64,000 bases of DNA from assembly GCA_963836435.1 (NCBI GenBank), contig CAWIJI010000006.1, positions 62,956 to 126,955 on the forward strand. The letters run 5' to 3'. Made by a program: the position numbers and the translations under genes. This document shows, piece by piece, positions 29,979 through 39,802 of this stretch. Below the pieces are notes generated by a model that worked only from the letters and a program-made list of their open reading frames with translations, was not told the origin of the DNA and made no database searches. The first letter of the stretch is position 1, and each line of letters opens with the position of its first letter. The DNA is from an uncultured Acidobacteriota bacterium. GTDB lineage: Bacteria; Acidobacteriota; Terriglobia; 20CM-2-55-15.

Positions 29979-30905
29979 TTTCTTTCCGTCGCCCCTAAGC
30001 GTCAGGGCGCGGACTTCGGACAGGTCATGAAAGCTGGTCGCAAGATGTTCCGTGGCGTTGACTGCGGCCAGCAGACTGCCGTAAGCCGCCGCAGTCGGCG
30101 AGGTGTTATAGGCTGCAACGCTCAACAGCAGCGCCGTGTCGGGCGCACTGCGCAACGCGACCGTGGCTTGTTGGGCCAGGCGCGCCGACAACTCGATGCG
30201 AGTGGCATTGATGCCGGTCCTGATGAGGCTGAAGAGAACCATCGCGGCTACCAGAGCGGCCGTGCCCACCGCAAGCCGTTGCCGGCGGCGTCTTTGTCTA
30301 TCCCGCTGCCAGAGTTCGTCGAATTCGACATCGATAATTCGCGCGATGAGCTTCAGCAGCGCCTTGCGGCGCGCAACGCGCGGCCGGCTGTCCTCGCGCA
30401 GGAGGTCGGCCGCAACGGGCTCGACGCGCTTGTCCGTGATCTGGCCTGCCGCATCGACTTCATAGCGGAGCGCTTTGGGGAAACATTCCTGCGCTTCGTC
30501 GCCCGGATGATCCGAGGCGTGAGGCGCCCCGCCGACGATCAGTGCCAGGATATCCGTTTCCCGGCCGGATGCCTTGAACTTCACGACCTCCTTGTTGACC
30601 CACGAGTCAGGCCGCGCGGAGTTCGGCGAACAGAGGACGATCAGGTTGCGCGCCTGGTCCAGTGCATGGCCCAGCGCTGCTTCCAGATTGGGGTCCGAAC
30701 GTAATTCGTCGCGATCGCGGAATACAGGTTCCAGGCGCTTCGGCACGGGGCCCCGACCGGTTTGCCGGCCCACGAGGTTCGAGGGAATGCGGTAGGTCTC
30801 CAGCGCCCCGATCAACCATTTCGCGTGCTTCTGGTCCCGGCTGCTGTAGCTGATGAACGCCCAGTATTTGCGGGTCATCCTGCTGCGGGAATCTTCCGAA
30901 GACAT
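29979..30905 (-). pseudogene. TIR domain plus transmembrane helix: N-terminal part of the IS-split TIR-TM-WD40 gene
   Basis: Bacterial TIR signature (KYWAFISYSSRDQKHAKWLIGALE...LEPVFRDRDEL...LIVLCSPNSARPDSWVNKEV). One TM helix follows (LAVGTAALVAAMVLFSLI). The reading frame then runs straight into the IS1182 right inverted repeat. Confidence 0.65.
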
Positions 30906-31086
30906 GGTCAGATACCTTCGTTCAGATCAGAAAATACGTCCGGATACCGGTTTGCTGAAAACCTCGAAGCGTAACTATCACCCTAAGAACTCATCCGCGC
31001 AGATTTGAAGCCTTCAAACTATCAATTCAGGCGGACTAAATGGAAGTTCGAAGAAATTTAGTAATGAGGCTCGCCGCAACCCACAC

Positions 31087-33237
31087 GTGTGTGAAATCCA
31101 TCATCCTGCGTTTATCAACGTCCCGCAAATTGGCTATGATGTCCACTCCATGCAACAGGCGCTGCTGAAATCAGCCCGTGAATGCCGGTTTTTTCGCGCC
31201 AGCCTTTCCCGGCTTGCGGAAGAACTGCCGGCTGACGACGAGGCGCTCGACGAACTGATTGCTGCGGCGGTTGCCGAGCGGGACAATGACGCTTTTGTCC
31301 GGATCGTTTTCGCGGCTCTGGGCGCAGGACGGCGCGTCGATGCCCGCCACCTCGAGCAGGGTGCTCTTCTTTTTGATGGTCCCGACCAGTTGTCGGCCGC
31401 CGCTCTGCATGCGTCGGGAGATGTTGCGGGATCCCTGATCGCGGCCGTCCAACGCGAGGGTTTGGGCGATGAGCGGGCCGCGGGAGCCCTGCTCCTGGCG
31501 GGTGTGTGGTGCAAGGACCATGGTGTTGAACCGGTTCCATCCGAATTGATCGCGCAGGCTCGGATCCGGGCGCGCCGATTTGGGCGAAGCCTTTTGGTGG
31601 ATCTTCAGATCGCGCTGCTGTCCGACTTGCTTCACGACGAAGGACTCACCACGCTGCTCCAGTCGCTGGGTGTTGCCCCGCCTCCAGCCGCCCTGGCAAA
31701 GAGCTTCCTCGATGGCTTCGTCGACGCCATGAGGGCATCGCCTCTGGCCGTTGTTCCTGAGCGGCCGGGCCCGATTATCCATTCCGGATTCACTTTGCGG
31801 CGGGCGGTCGCGCGAGTTGGACGGAACGAACCCTGCCCGTGTGGAAGCGGCAAGAAATACAAGAAGTGCTGCATGGAAAGGGACGAGGAACGGCTACAGG
31901 CATCTTCGTCAATCGCGGGTATGACCGTCGGCGAACTTCGCGAGCAACGAGAGCGTTTTCTGACCAGTGACGAACTGCTTCAGATGCGTTCCCATGAACT
32001 GGCCCGTCTCGATCCGGCGAAGGTGGCGGCATCTCTCCGGCCGCTTCTGATCAACCGCCTGTTGCTCTTCGGCGAGCGCGAAGCCGCAGTGGAGTTATTC
32101 GAGAAGACTGGCGTACCGGAGGAACTACGCGGTCATTGGCTGGATTGCATCGACACCGTGGTCGCCGCAGGCCGGAAAGATCTGCTGGCACGCCTCCAGC
32201 CGCTTCGTGACCCCTCCGAACTCCAATCCGAGGACTTCCCCTTGGCTGCGAAACTTCTCACGGCAGATCCGGCCGACGTCCTTCACCTGATCGAAAAGGC
32301 TGCCCGGACGCGGCTGGAGCGTGCGGATCAAAGCGACGCCATCGATCTGGCGTATGCACTCCTGGACAGCCCATGGCGCGCGTTGGGGATCCTGGTGGCG
32401 CGAGGATTGATCGCCCACTGCGGATTGTTTGACGCCGAGACCCTGCTGGACGCGATACTGGAAACACGGGATAAGCTGCATGTGCCTCCGGGCGATCCGA
32501 TTCAGGCGGTATTCGACGCGCGGCTCGAAACCTCGCTCGAAGCCCATCGCGATTCCACTGAGCTTCAGGACGCGCACGAAAAACTCCTTGCCAGCGGCGA
32601 GGAACTGAACGCTGCTCGATCGAAGCTGGCGCGCCTGCAGGCCGAACTGGATAAGGCCGAACGCGAGAAGAAGGATCGAGAGCAGCAGACCGTCCCGCTA
32701 TCCTCGGTCAATTCCGCTCCGGTCCAGCCCCTCATCGACGAATCGGCCCTTCAGGAGTTAAGACGCCGCGTCGCTTTCCTGCGCGACGAACTGCAGGAGA
32801 GGCACAGGGAACGGAATCAACTGAGAGGCGACTTGAATCTGGCCCTTGACCGGCTTGAAGAACTGAGCCGAAAAGAACCGGTTCCCGTGGCCGTGGACGA
32901 AATCGAGGACTCGGAGACGGACTGGAGCGACGAGGCGGAACCATCGGGAACACAACCCGTTCGCATCCCCGAGTTTTCCTCGAAGTTCAGGTCATCGCTC
33001 GAGGAGTTGCCCGCACGGATCGTTCGCCAGGCCATGTTATCGATCGGACGGATGGCGGCCGGGGAAAGCGGCGCGTTCGTGGGAATCAAACGATTGACGA
33101 GAAGTCGTGATATCGTCCGGCAGCGGATAGCGGACCATCGCCTCCTGTTCCGCCTTCACCCCCAAGCGATCGAACTCCTGGCTCTGATCCCCCGTCGCGA
33201 CCTCGAGCGAAGAATCAAAAGCCTGATCTCAAGCTGA
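31087..33237 (+). CDS. large SEC-C-motif, coiled-coil protein with C-terminal RelE/ParE-like toxin fold
   Basis: SEC-C metal-binding motif [17 protein letters not shown] at about residue 250. A long helical and coiled-coil region (...[24 protein letters not shown]...[21 protein letters not shown]). An acidic linker. A C-terminal roughly 90 aa ([81 protein letters not shown]) matching the ParE/RelE pattern. The start may instead be the Met at 31150. Confidence 0.5.
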   Translation: MCEIHHPAFINVPQIGYDVHSMQQALLKSARECRFFRASLSRLAEELPADDEALDELIAAAVAERDNDAFVRIVFAALGAGRRVDARHLEQGALLFDGPDQLSAAALHASGDVAGSLIAAVQREGLGDERAAGALLLAGVWCKDHGVEPVPSELIAQARIRARRFGRSLLVDLQIALLSDLLHDEGLTTLLQSLGVAPPPAALAKSFLDGFVDAMRASPLAVVPERPGPIIHSGFTLRRAVARVGRNEPCPCGSGKKYKKCCMERDEERLQASSSIAGMTVGELREQRERFLTSDELLQMRSHELARLDPAKVAASLRPLLINRLLLFGEREAAVELFEKTGVPEELRGHWLDCIDTVVAAGRKDLLARLQPLRDPSELQSEDFPLAAKLLTADPADVLHLIEKAARTRLERADQSDAIDLAYALLDSPWRALGILVARGLIAHCGLFDAETLLDAILETRDKLHVPPGDPIQAVFDARLETSLEAHRDSTELQDAHEKLLASGEELNAARSKLARLQAELDKAEREKKDREQQTVPLSSVNSAPVQPLIDESALQELRRRVAFLRDELQERHRERNQLRGDLNLALDRLEELSRKEPVPVAVDEIEDSETDWSDEAEPSGTQPVRIPEFSSKFRSSLEELPARIVRQAMLSIGRMAAGESGAFVGIKRLTRSRDIVRQRIADHRLLFRLHPQAIELLALIPRRDLERRIKSLISS

Positions 33238-33416
33238 GAACGACTATTGCTTTGAAGGCGGCTGCTGAAGGTTTTGGAGTTCGATTCCCTCACACGCGTG
33301 ACCAGAGCCTGAAAAAGCTGTTGGAGATGGGGAAGGTCGCTGCATCACCGCGCTTGAGACGGGTTCAGGACCTAGAATCCCGATGTCGATGTCCGAGCAG
33401 CGATCCGTTGGATCAA

Positions 33417-33515
33417 TTCGGCCCAAGTATGATTCTTCCGTTTTCTTGCTTCTTTCCCGGACTCCGGGGCGCCAGGTGTTTCCTTGTCGGGGGACCTCGC
33501 TTCCGAGCGTCAGTT
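33417..33515. repeat. about 95-bp IS91-transposase 3' fragment (solo copy)
   Basis: Near-identical to 16109-16205 and 45447-45540. Confidence 0.55.
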
Positions 33516-33549
33516 ATTCTCTTTGGCAGGCTTCGTGGGAGGGATTCCG

Positions 33550-34252
33550 ATGAAATACGCCAACCTCGGTGGCACCGGTATCAGCGTGTCGCGCATCTGC
33601 CTCGGCATGATGACGTATGGTTCCAGGCAATGGCGCGACTGGGTTCTGGAGTACCCGGAGGCGAAACCGTTCGTCACACGCGCGCTCGAAGCCGGCGTCA
33701 ATTTCTTTGACACGGCGGACGTCTATTCCAACGGCGCGTCGGAGGAAGTATTGGGCCGCGCACTGCGGGAGATCGGCGTGGACCGTAACGACGTCGTCAT
33801 CGCGACGAAATGCAACTTCGGTGCAGAACCACTACAACCTGCTGTACCGCGAAGAGGAGCGGGAAATGATTCCGCTGTGCGCCGATCAGAAGGTGGGGCT
33901 GATCCCGTGGAGTCCTCTTGCCCGCGGATACCTGGCACGTGATCGCGGGACGCTGAAGGCGACCACGCGTGCGAACTCCGATGAGTTCACGAAGGTCCTG
34001 TATGACCCGGAGTTCGATGGCGCCCTCATCCAGCGCAATGCCGAAACGGCGGCGCGGCTGGGCGTCAAGCCGGCGCAGACGGCGCTCGCCTGGCTGCTCG
34101 CCAAACCCGGTGTGGTCGCCCCGATTGTCGGCGCTTCCAAGCTCCCGCATCTGGATGACGCGATCGCCGCCGTCGATCTGGAACTCTCCGCAGACGACGT
34201 TAAACAACTTGAATCGCTGTACGCGCCGCGCGCCGTTGCCGGACATTCGTAG
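33550..34252 (+). pseudogene. aldo/keto reductase with internal deletion and frameshift
   Basis: AKR N-terminus (MKYANLGGTGISVSRICLGMMTYG...NFFDTADVYSNGASEEVLGRAL...VIATK). It then jumps at about 33820 into a different frame carrying the AKR C-terminal half (QNHYNLLYREEERE...LIPWSPLARGYL...IVGASKLPHLDDAI). The central catalytic part is missing. Confidence 0.55.
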
Positions 34253-34373
34253 TAAACCGCTGACGCAGTAGTTGCAGCCCACAACGTTTGTAGCCCGCAC
34301 AGGCAGGAAGAGCGCTCTTTGGCTGAAGGATACAGACCGGAGATCTCAATAGGGACACTGGATGGGGGCTTTT

Positions 34374-34529
34374 TTACGGTTTCTTCGCGACAACCTTCCC
34401 GTTTTCCCAGACGATGAGCCGCGTGCCGTGCATGCGGGCTGCTTTTCTGGCAGCGCGAGGGACGCGTTTCATTGCCCTGGCAACGGATTCGAAGAACCGT
34501 TTGTCTTCAGCAGACATCTTCTTTTTCAT
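34374..34529 (-). CDS. 51-aa basic protein translationally coupled downstream of the zeta-like ATPase gene
   Basis: MKKKMSAEDKRFFESVARAMKRVPRAARKAARMHGTRLIVWENGKVVAKKP. Its ATG overlaps the ATPase stop (ATGA). Coordinates were derived by hand. Confidence 0.3.
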   Translation of the reverse strand: MKKKMSAEDKRFFESVARAMKRVPRAARKAARMHGTRLIVWENGKVVAKKP

Positions 34530-35053
34530 GTGCGGCCTTGATCGATCAGCTTCGGTGCTCCGGCATTATCGTAAACCATCCAGGCATCGGCCAGGGGGCG
34601 ATAAACGTCTACAAAGTTGTCCCAGCTTCGCTGAAATCTGCGAACGACATCTTCTGCAGCGACATTGTGGCCTCCCTGTTGAACCCGTGCAGCAATGCGC
34701 CGGAGTGCTACTTGAGGTGAGGGAATCGTCAGGTAGATGATTTCGACGCGATATCCTTGAGCCTTCCAGCGCTGCAGACGAAACGCATAGGTCCGTCCGC
34801 TCAACGTGCTTTCGAAGGCGAAGCTGGCGCCACTCGTCGCCAGGCGATCCATCTCTCGAAGGAATAACCGGCCCGCCGCGACGGCCGCCAGTTCAGGGCG
34901 CAGGGGGGAAAGCCCCCCTGCAATCAGATCGGCGTTAACAAAGTGAACGATATTTGATTCCCGCGTGAGGTACTCGCGGGCAAAGGTTGTCTTGCCCGCT
35001 CCATTTGGACCCGCAATGACAAGACATCGCGGTTGTCCATTTCCCTTGGACAT
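34526..35053 (-). CDS. zeta-toxin-like / AAA_33 P-loop kinase-fold ATPase
   Basis: Walker A GPNGAGKTT near the N-terminus. A 175-aa protein with overall similarity to zeta toxin / UNAG-kinase-fold proteins. Confidence 0.55.
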   Translation of the reverse strand: MSKGNGQPRCLVIAGPNGAGKTTFAREYLTRESNIVHFVNADLIAGGLSPLRPELAAVAAGRLFLREMDRLATSGASFAFESTLSGRTYAFRLQRWKAQGYRVEIIYLTIPSPQVALRRIAARVQQGGHNVAAEDVVRRFQRSWDNFVDVYRPLADAWMVYDNAGAPKLIDQGRT

Positions 35054-35309
35054 AGGGAGATGTTACGGGAATTGAGGGACCTTGACCGATTTTTTCCAAA
35101 CAACTTGAATCGCTGTAGGCGCCGCGCGCCGTTGCCGGACATTCGTAGTCTCGGAACGTTGGAGCTGAATCGTTACTGCACGGACTGGGGCACGCCTGTC
35201 TCGAAGAACTTCACCAGCGCATTCTGGCTGGCGGATTGGTCGCCGGCCTCGTGATGGACGTTGGAGAAGCTGCGACGCAGGAAAGGGGGCCCGCGCTTCC
35301 CTATGCCCG

Positions 35310-36935
35310 CTAACGCGCGTTGCTGCTCTTCAGCGACACCGTTGCCGCCGCCCGGGGTTTGATCTCGATCGGCGTGCCCTGGCCGCGATTGGCCAGGAAG
35401 AACTCCACCCAGTCCGCCGTTCCGGCAGGCATCGCCACAGCAAAGTATCGGTCCGGCCGCAGCAGGATCGAAGCGGACGTTGTTCCGGGCTCGATGGGTG
35501 AACACGTTCCTGTCAAAGCGATCTCTTCACGAGTTACCGAAGAACTGGAAGCCACACACACCGAGGCGTTCACTTCGTTCCTGTTGTCCTTGTCGAGAAC
35601 GGTAGCGGTCAGTTTTCCCATGTCGGTACCCACAGTGATGCGAAGCCCGCAATCGCTGTTGTCCAGTTTCAGGGTGTTGCGGGAGACCGTGCCGCCACAG
35701 GAAACATCCTTGAGATACCCATCCGAAGGGCCGCTGAACCTGCCCAGGTTGATCCTGTAGTCTGTGGAGGGCAGCAGGGAAACCGAAAACCGCGAAGGCA
35801 CGGCCACATCCATCGCGTTCAGCAGGAACGGCTGGCTTTCGAAAGCGACCCGGTTCAACGGAGTGAACGACAAGCGATAGGTGTTTTGCGGCGGTGTTTC
35901 TCCGCCGTCGTAGCGAATCTCCGCAGCCAGACTCACGGGGGAGTGCACACTCAACTTCAAGTCATGCACGTCGCGATCGAGAACGGAAAGGGTCGTGCGT
36001 CCATACGAATCCGCAGTAAACAGGAACTGAGTTGTCCGGGGCTCGGGGCCCGGATTGTTCATCCCCGCAGCAAGCAGGAACTCGCCCGGCCAAAGCCCGC
36101 ATGCTTGAAAATGACCCGACGCATCGGATTCTCCGCGGGCAATCACTCCCTGGGTGCCTCCCGTGGTTCCCCGGTATCCCGCGACTTCAGGAATCGCGAT
36201 CTCAAAGCCGCGAACGGCCAGTTCGCCGCCGGCGGTCAGCATTCCGTCGACGCAGTAGCTCGGCTTTCTTTCCATCATGAAGTCGAGATGCTTCTTTTCG
36301 GCGGAGCGGATCACGAAGGGTTGCGCGAGGCCGGGACGGCCGGGATACCAAATCGCCTCCAACGTCGGCGTGCCGGATAAGGTCGGCCGGGGCGTCGCGG
36401 GAGGTAAAACCAGCACGTAATACGGCAGCCCGGTTTCCACTCTGGCCGAAAGGTTGTAACGGCCGCGGTCATCGGTCGGTCTTGCGGCGGTGAAGACCCT
36501 GTACGGTTTCTGTCCCGGGAGATACTCCATGGTGACCAGCAACACATCGGCGCCTTGTACGGGTTCGCCGGCCTCGTCGAGAACGGCGCCCGTGATCTCA
36601 CCCGGGATCCGTAGAAAAATGTCAGCGGGAGTTGCCGGCGGCGGATCGGTAATCTGGACGAAGCGGAGAGTCCCGGTTTCTATCCCCTTGTACCGAAACT
36701 GGATCTGATATCGTCCCGGCGTCAGATCCGAGACAACGAATTCTCCTTTAACGTCGATCACCCGGCGTGTTGCGGCGGACGCCCCTTCCTTCGTGACGAC
36801 GATCGTGACTTCCTCGGTGGCCGTCTGTCCCGTGTCCGCATCGACGATTCGGCCGTGGAACGATACCGGGGTCTGTGCAACGGACGTGACCGCGATCGCA
36901 GCGAGAGCCACTAAGGACGCCAATGAGAGTCTCAT
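35310..36935 (-). CDS. secreted CarboxypepD_reg-like domain protein
   Basis: Signal peptide MRLSLASLVALAAIAVTSVAQ. Repeated CarboxypepD_reg motifs (FHGRIVDADTGQ..., GAVLDEAGEPVQGADVLL). The start is moved to the Met before the signal peptide. Confidence 0.7.
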   Translation of the reverse strand: MRLSLASLVALAAIAVTSVAQTPVSFHGRIVDADTGQTATEEVTIVVTKEGASAATRRVIDVKGEFVVSDLTPGRYQIQFRYKGIETGTLRFVQITDPPPATPADIFLRIPGEITGAVLDEAGEPVQGADVLLVTMEYLPGQKPYRVFTAARPTDDRGRYNLSARVETGLPYYVLVLPPATPRPTLSGTPTLEAIWYPGRPGLAQPFVIRSAEKKHLDFMMERKPSYCVDGMLTAGGELAVRGFEIAIPEVAGYRGTTGGTQGVIARGESDASGHFQACGLWPGEFLLAAGMNNPGPEPRTTQFLFTADSYGRTTLSVLDRDVHDLKLSVHSPVSLAAEIRYDGGETPPQNTYRLSFTPLNRVAFESQPFLLNAMDVAVPSRFSVSLLPSTDYRINLGRFSGPSDGYLKDVSCGGTVSRNTLKLDNSDCGLRITVGTDMGKLTATVLDKDNRNEVNASVCVASSSSVTREEIALTGTCSPIEPGTTSASILLRPDRYFAVAMPAGTADWVEFFLANRGQGTPIEIKPRAAATVSLKSSNAR

Positions 36936-36939
36936 CCTT

Positions 36940-38367
36940 CTAAAATCCTTTCGACTCGCCGGGTGCGAGTTCGATCGCGGTTTGCTCACAATCGGCCGCG
37001 GAGAGCCAGCGTGGACTAAGATCCGTTGCGGATTTTTTCGTGAAGCAATACCGGCCGGGCGTGAGGCCCTCGAAGCGAAACTCCGGCGAGCCTGGAAACA
37101 CGGCCTGCACCGGCGCTTCACGACCCGGAGTCACGTCACGCAGCAGGATCACGTTCGCGCCTCGAGCGTCGCCATGAATCATGCCGGGCGGCTGAAATCC
37201 CAGGATCACGCGCTGCGGAGGAACGTTGCCCCGCATATCGAACAGGGGCTCGGTCACGCCCGTGCATCCGCCGCTCGTGCTTTGCGCGCTGACGGCGAAC
37301 AACGTCGGTCCGACGTTCTCGATGCGCGTGGGAGCCTGCTGCGTAGCAATGTGCGCGATGATCTTCTGATCGCGGACGAGCGGCCAGAATCCGAGAGACT
37401 GAAGCGTCAGGGTCCCGTCCGGGGAGCAGCCGGCATGGGGGCTGTCTGGTGCCACCACGAACTCCACGGTACGCCCCGGTTGCAGTCGAATATCCAGGTT
37501 CTCGACGTTCTGGCCATGCAGATCCAGGTGCACGTGTTCAAAGAACGACGGCGGCATGACCGGCCCTGATGCGTACAACTCGTAGGCGCCGGGTTGGAAG
37601 TTATCCAGCTTGAAGGCGCCGTCTGCAGCCGTCAGCGTGAGTTGCGCCCGGACTGACGGATAGTCCGAGGGCGTGATCGTCAGGGTGTAAGTCTGCTGGC
37701 CCGCCGGCGAAGAGATCCTGCCGCTGATCGTGGACGTTCCTTGAGGCTGCACGACAAAGTCAGGAACGTCGTATTGCTCACCCCCGGCGATTTCAAACTC
37801 GCGAGGCCGTGCGTTGGCCGGATAGAGCGCGAATCCGCGGGCCACGCCCGGAAGTGTATTCGCACTGATGAACGGCGCGGACAGCACGTAACGGCCGGGA
37901 GGAATGCCGTAGACACGGAAGTCGCCGGCCGCGTCGATCATTCCCGAATAGGTGCGCGGGATCCGATGCAGCGGCACCTGTTCAATGACGAGCACGGCGC
38001 CGCCGTTTCGGGGAGGGGTGATGTGTCCGGCGATAACGCCGTATTTGACGAGACGCAAAACGGGAATTGCCGTTGAAGCCTGGGTCGCCGTCATAGCCGC
38101 GTCCAGGCTCGCGTAGTTTGCCTTGGTGATGCTGACCCGATAGACGCCGGCAGCGACGTCCAGGAATTCGAAACCGCCGCTTCGGCCGGTTTGCGTTTCC
38201 TTCACGGTGACTCCGGCGGCGGTCTTCAATCGCACGGACGCTGCGAGCACCGCGGCGTCCGAGTGGTCTTCGAGAACTGTGCCGCGAAGCACTTCAGCGC
38301 GCGCGACTCCGGTCCAGGTGGTCAGGAAACTCAGGGCCAATAGACATCGGGCGTTCACGGTTTTCAA
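36940..38367 (-). CDS. secreted CarboxypepD_reg-like domain protein (tandem with 35310..36935)
   Basis: Signal peptide MKTVNARCLLALSFLTTWTGVARA and CarboxypepD_reg modules (LRGTVLEDHSDAAVLAASVRLKT...). Confidence 0.7.
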   Translation of the reverse strand: MKTVNARCLLALSFLTTWTGVARAEVLRGTVLEDHSDAAVLAASVRLKTAAGVTVKETQTGRSGGFEFLDVAAGVYRVSITKANYASLDAAMTATQASTAIPVLRLVKYGVIAGHITPPRNGGAVLVIEQVPLHRIPRTYSGMIDAAGDFRVYGIPPGRYVLSAPFISANTLPGVARGFALYPANARPREFEIAGGEQYDVPDFVVQPQGTSTISGRISSPAGQQTYTLTITPSDYPSVRAQLTLTAADGAFKLDNFQPGAYELYASGPVMPPSFFEHVHLDLHGQNVENLDIRLQPGRTVEFVVAPDSPHAGCSPDGTLTLQSLGFWPLVRDQKIIAHIATQQAPTRIENVGPTLFAVSAQSTSGGCTGVTEPLFDMRGNVPPQRVILGFQPPGMIHGDARGANVILLRDVTPGREAPVQAVFPGSPEFRFEGLTPGRYCFTKKSATDLSPRWLSAADCEQTAIELAPGESKGF

Positions 38368-38747
38368 ACACTATAACCGCCAGCCGGGATCCTGCAATGT
38401 TATTTTTATAACGGATGTGTTGTCACGCCGCTGCTTAACTCGGTTTACCTTTCACCGCCCGCAATCCCCCAGATCCGGCGCCGCGATGGCACCCTCCGAA
38501 CATCCTGAGCCTCGGGAGTAAGTGTCGCATAAAGCAGAACGTTTTTAGCGTAGCGACGCGGCGAGTCAAGATCAGCATGGAAAGCTCCTTTGCGAATTGG
38601 AATTTGCTGCGATCAGCAGCCTCCATGGTTTCGCAAGGAACTTGTACGAGGAAGAACTCCGTTAGATTCTCATGACGCGGGAAACTGGCAGGCCCATCGA
38701 CAACCCATCGGCCAGCAACCTACCGCAGCAGCGGTTTAGTCCAAGAG

Positions 38748-38830
38748 CGATTACGTTAAGTTGGGGTGCTTCACCCTTGAAGGATGGTCTCCGAAGCGGG
38801 CCGGGCAGGCCGCTATTTTCCGGGCTGGGC
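38748..38830. repeat. structured repeat family, copy C
   Basis: Same core as copies A, B and D. Confidence 0.6.
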
Positions 38831-38926
38831 TTCTGGTGACGTTGACATCAGCGGGTTGCGGGACGACGTTGGCGGAGGCCTTTTGCCTTGCACGGCTCGC
38901 GCGTACGCACCTATATTGGGCCGTCC

Positions 38927-39448
38927 ATGAATCCTGTGGATAACCTTCACGTTTTGGCGTTCCTCTGGTTCGCGGGCGCGGCGACCTTTTTTTTCATAAT
39001 CGCTCAGCGCTTCTTCGCCCGGTCGCAGGAGACCTGGCTGGTGGCTGTTGTGCTGGCCGTGCTGCCTGGCCTCCTGATCCCGCTCATGTGTCACTACAGT
39101 TTGCTGCTTGGCCGCACGCCCGCCTTGATCTACCTCGGATTTGCGGGGCTCGTGACACTCTGGGGCGTCTTGCGAAACGGCAAGACACCTGGTAACCCGC
39201 CTGCAATCCCTCCGGGGACACTCGTCAGTCTGGCTGCGATACCGCTTTCCGGAACACTGGTAGCGTTCATCCTCATGGAGGACGACGTCAGCCAGTGGTG
39301 GAGCTGGCTTCCTTTCGTGATGACGCTCGCTCATGGAGTTGCGATCGGGATTGCGCGGCTGGTGGTGGGACGGCGCGCGCCGGCTGCGGGGGAATCCTCA
39401 GACATGGTTGCAGCGCCCCATGCATCCGTTTGCGAAGGTCTTGCTTGA
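38927..39448 (+). CDS. hypothetical integral membrane protein (4-5 TM)
   Basis: A hydrophobic ORF with TM segments (LHVLAFLWFAGAATFFFII..., WLVAVVLAVLPGLLIPL...). It overlaps the decayed RT fragment on the opposite strand. Confidence 0.3.
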   Translation: MNPVDNLHVLAFLWFAGAATFFFIIAQRFFARSQETWLVAVVLAVLPGLLIPLMCHYSLLLGRTPALIYLGFAGLVTLWGVLRNGKTPGNPPAIPPGTLVSLAAIPLSGTLVAFILMEDDVSQWWSWLPFVMTLAHGVAIGIARLVVGRRAPAAGESSDMVAAPHASVCEGLA

Positions 39449-39722
39449 TCCGTAGCAGCGTCCTCTGTATCCGCTTCCTATCCGTCCGACGTAGTATCGT
39501 GAACGCCCCCGTTTTCGCGTTCTTCCCACAGATATGCGTGAAGCCGAGAAAGGTGAACGATTCCGGTTTTCCTTCTCCACGTTTGGCGCGGTTCGCTTCG
39601 GCGAACCGACCAAACTCGATGAGCCGGGTTTTCTCGCCATGAAGCTCCAGTCCAAACTTCGCCAGCCGTTCCTTGAACTCCGTCAGGAACTGCTCGGCTT
39701 CCTGCTTGTGCTGAAATCCCAC
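39400..39722 (-). pseudogene. group II intron reverse-transcriptase fragment (RT domains 6-7) lying 3' of another intron's domain V
   Basis: ...LELHGEKTRLIEFGRF...ESFTFLGFTHICGKNAKTGAF... carries the FLGF signature of the group II intron-encoded protein RT domain 7. The sequence degenerates after about 39400. Confidence 0.5.
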
Positions 39723-39768
39723 GACAAGGTGAGTAAGGCCCGGGGAGTTTCACCCCGAGCCTCTCGCA

Positions 39769-39802
39769 GAACCGTACTTGAACGTCTCCGCTCATACGGC
39801 TC
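39769..39802 (-). ncRNA. group II intron catalytic domain V
   Basis: The minus-strand sequence is GAGCCGTATGAGCGGAGACGTTCAAGTACGGTTC. It matches the group II domain-V consensus GAGCCGUAUG...CGUACGGUUC, including the AGC triad and the bulged stem. Confidence 0.55.
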
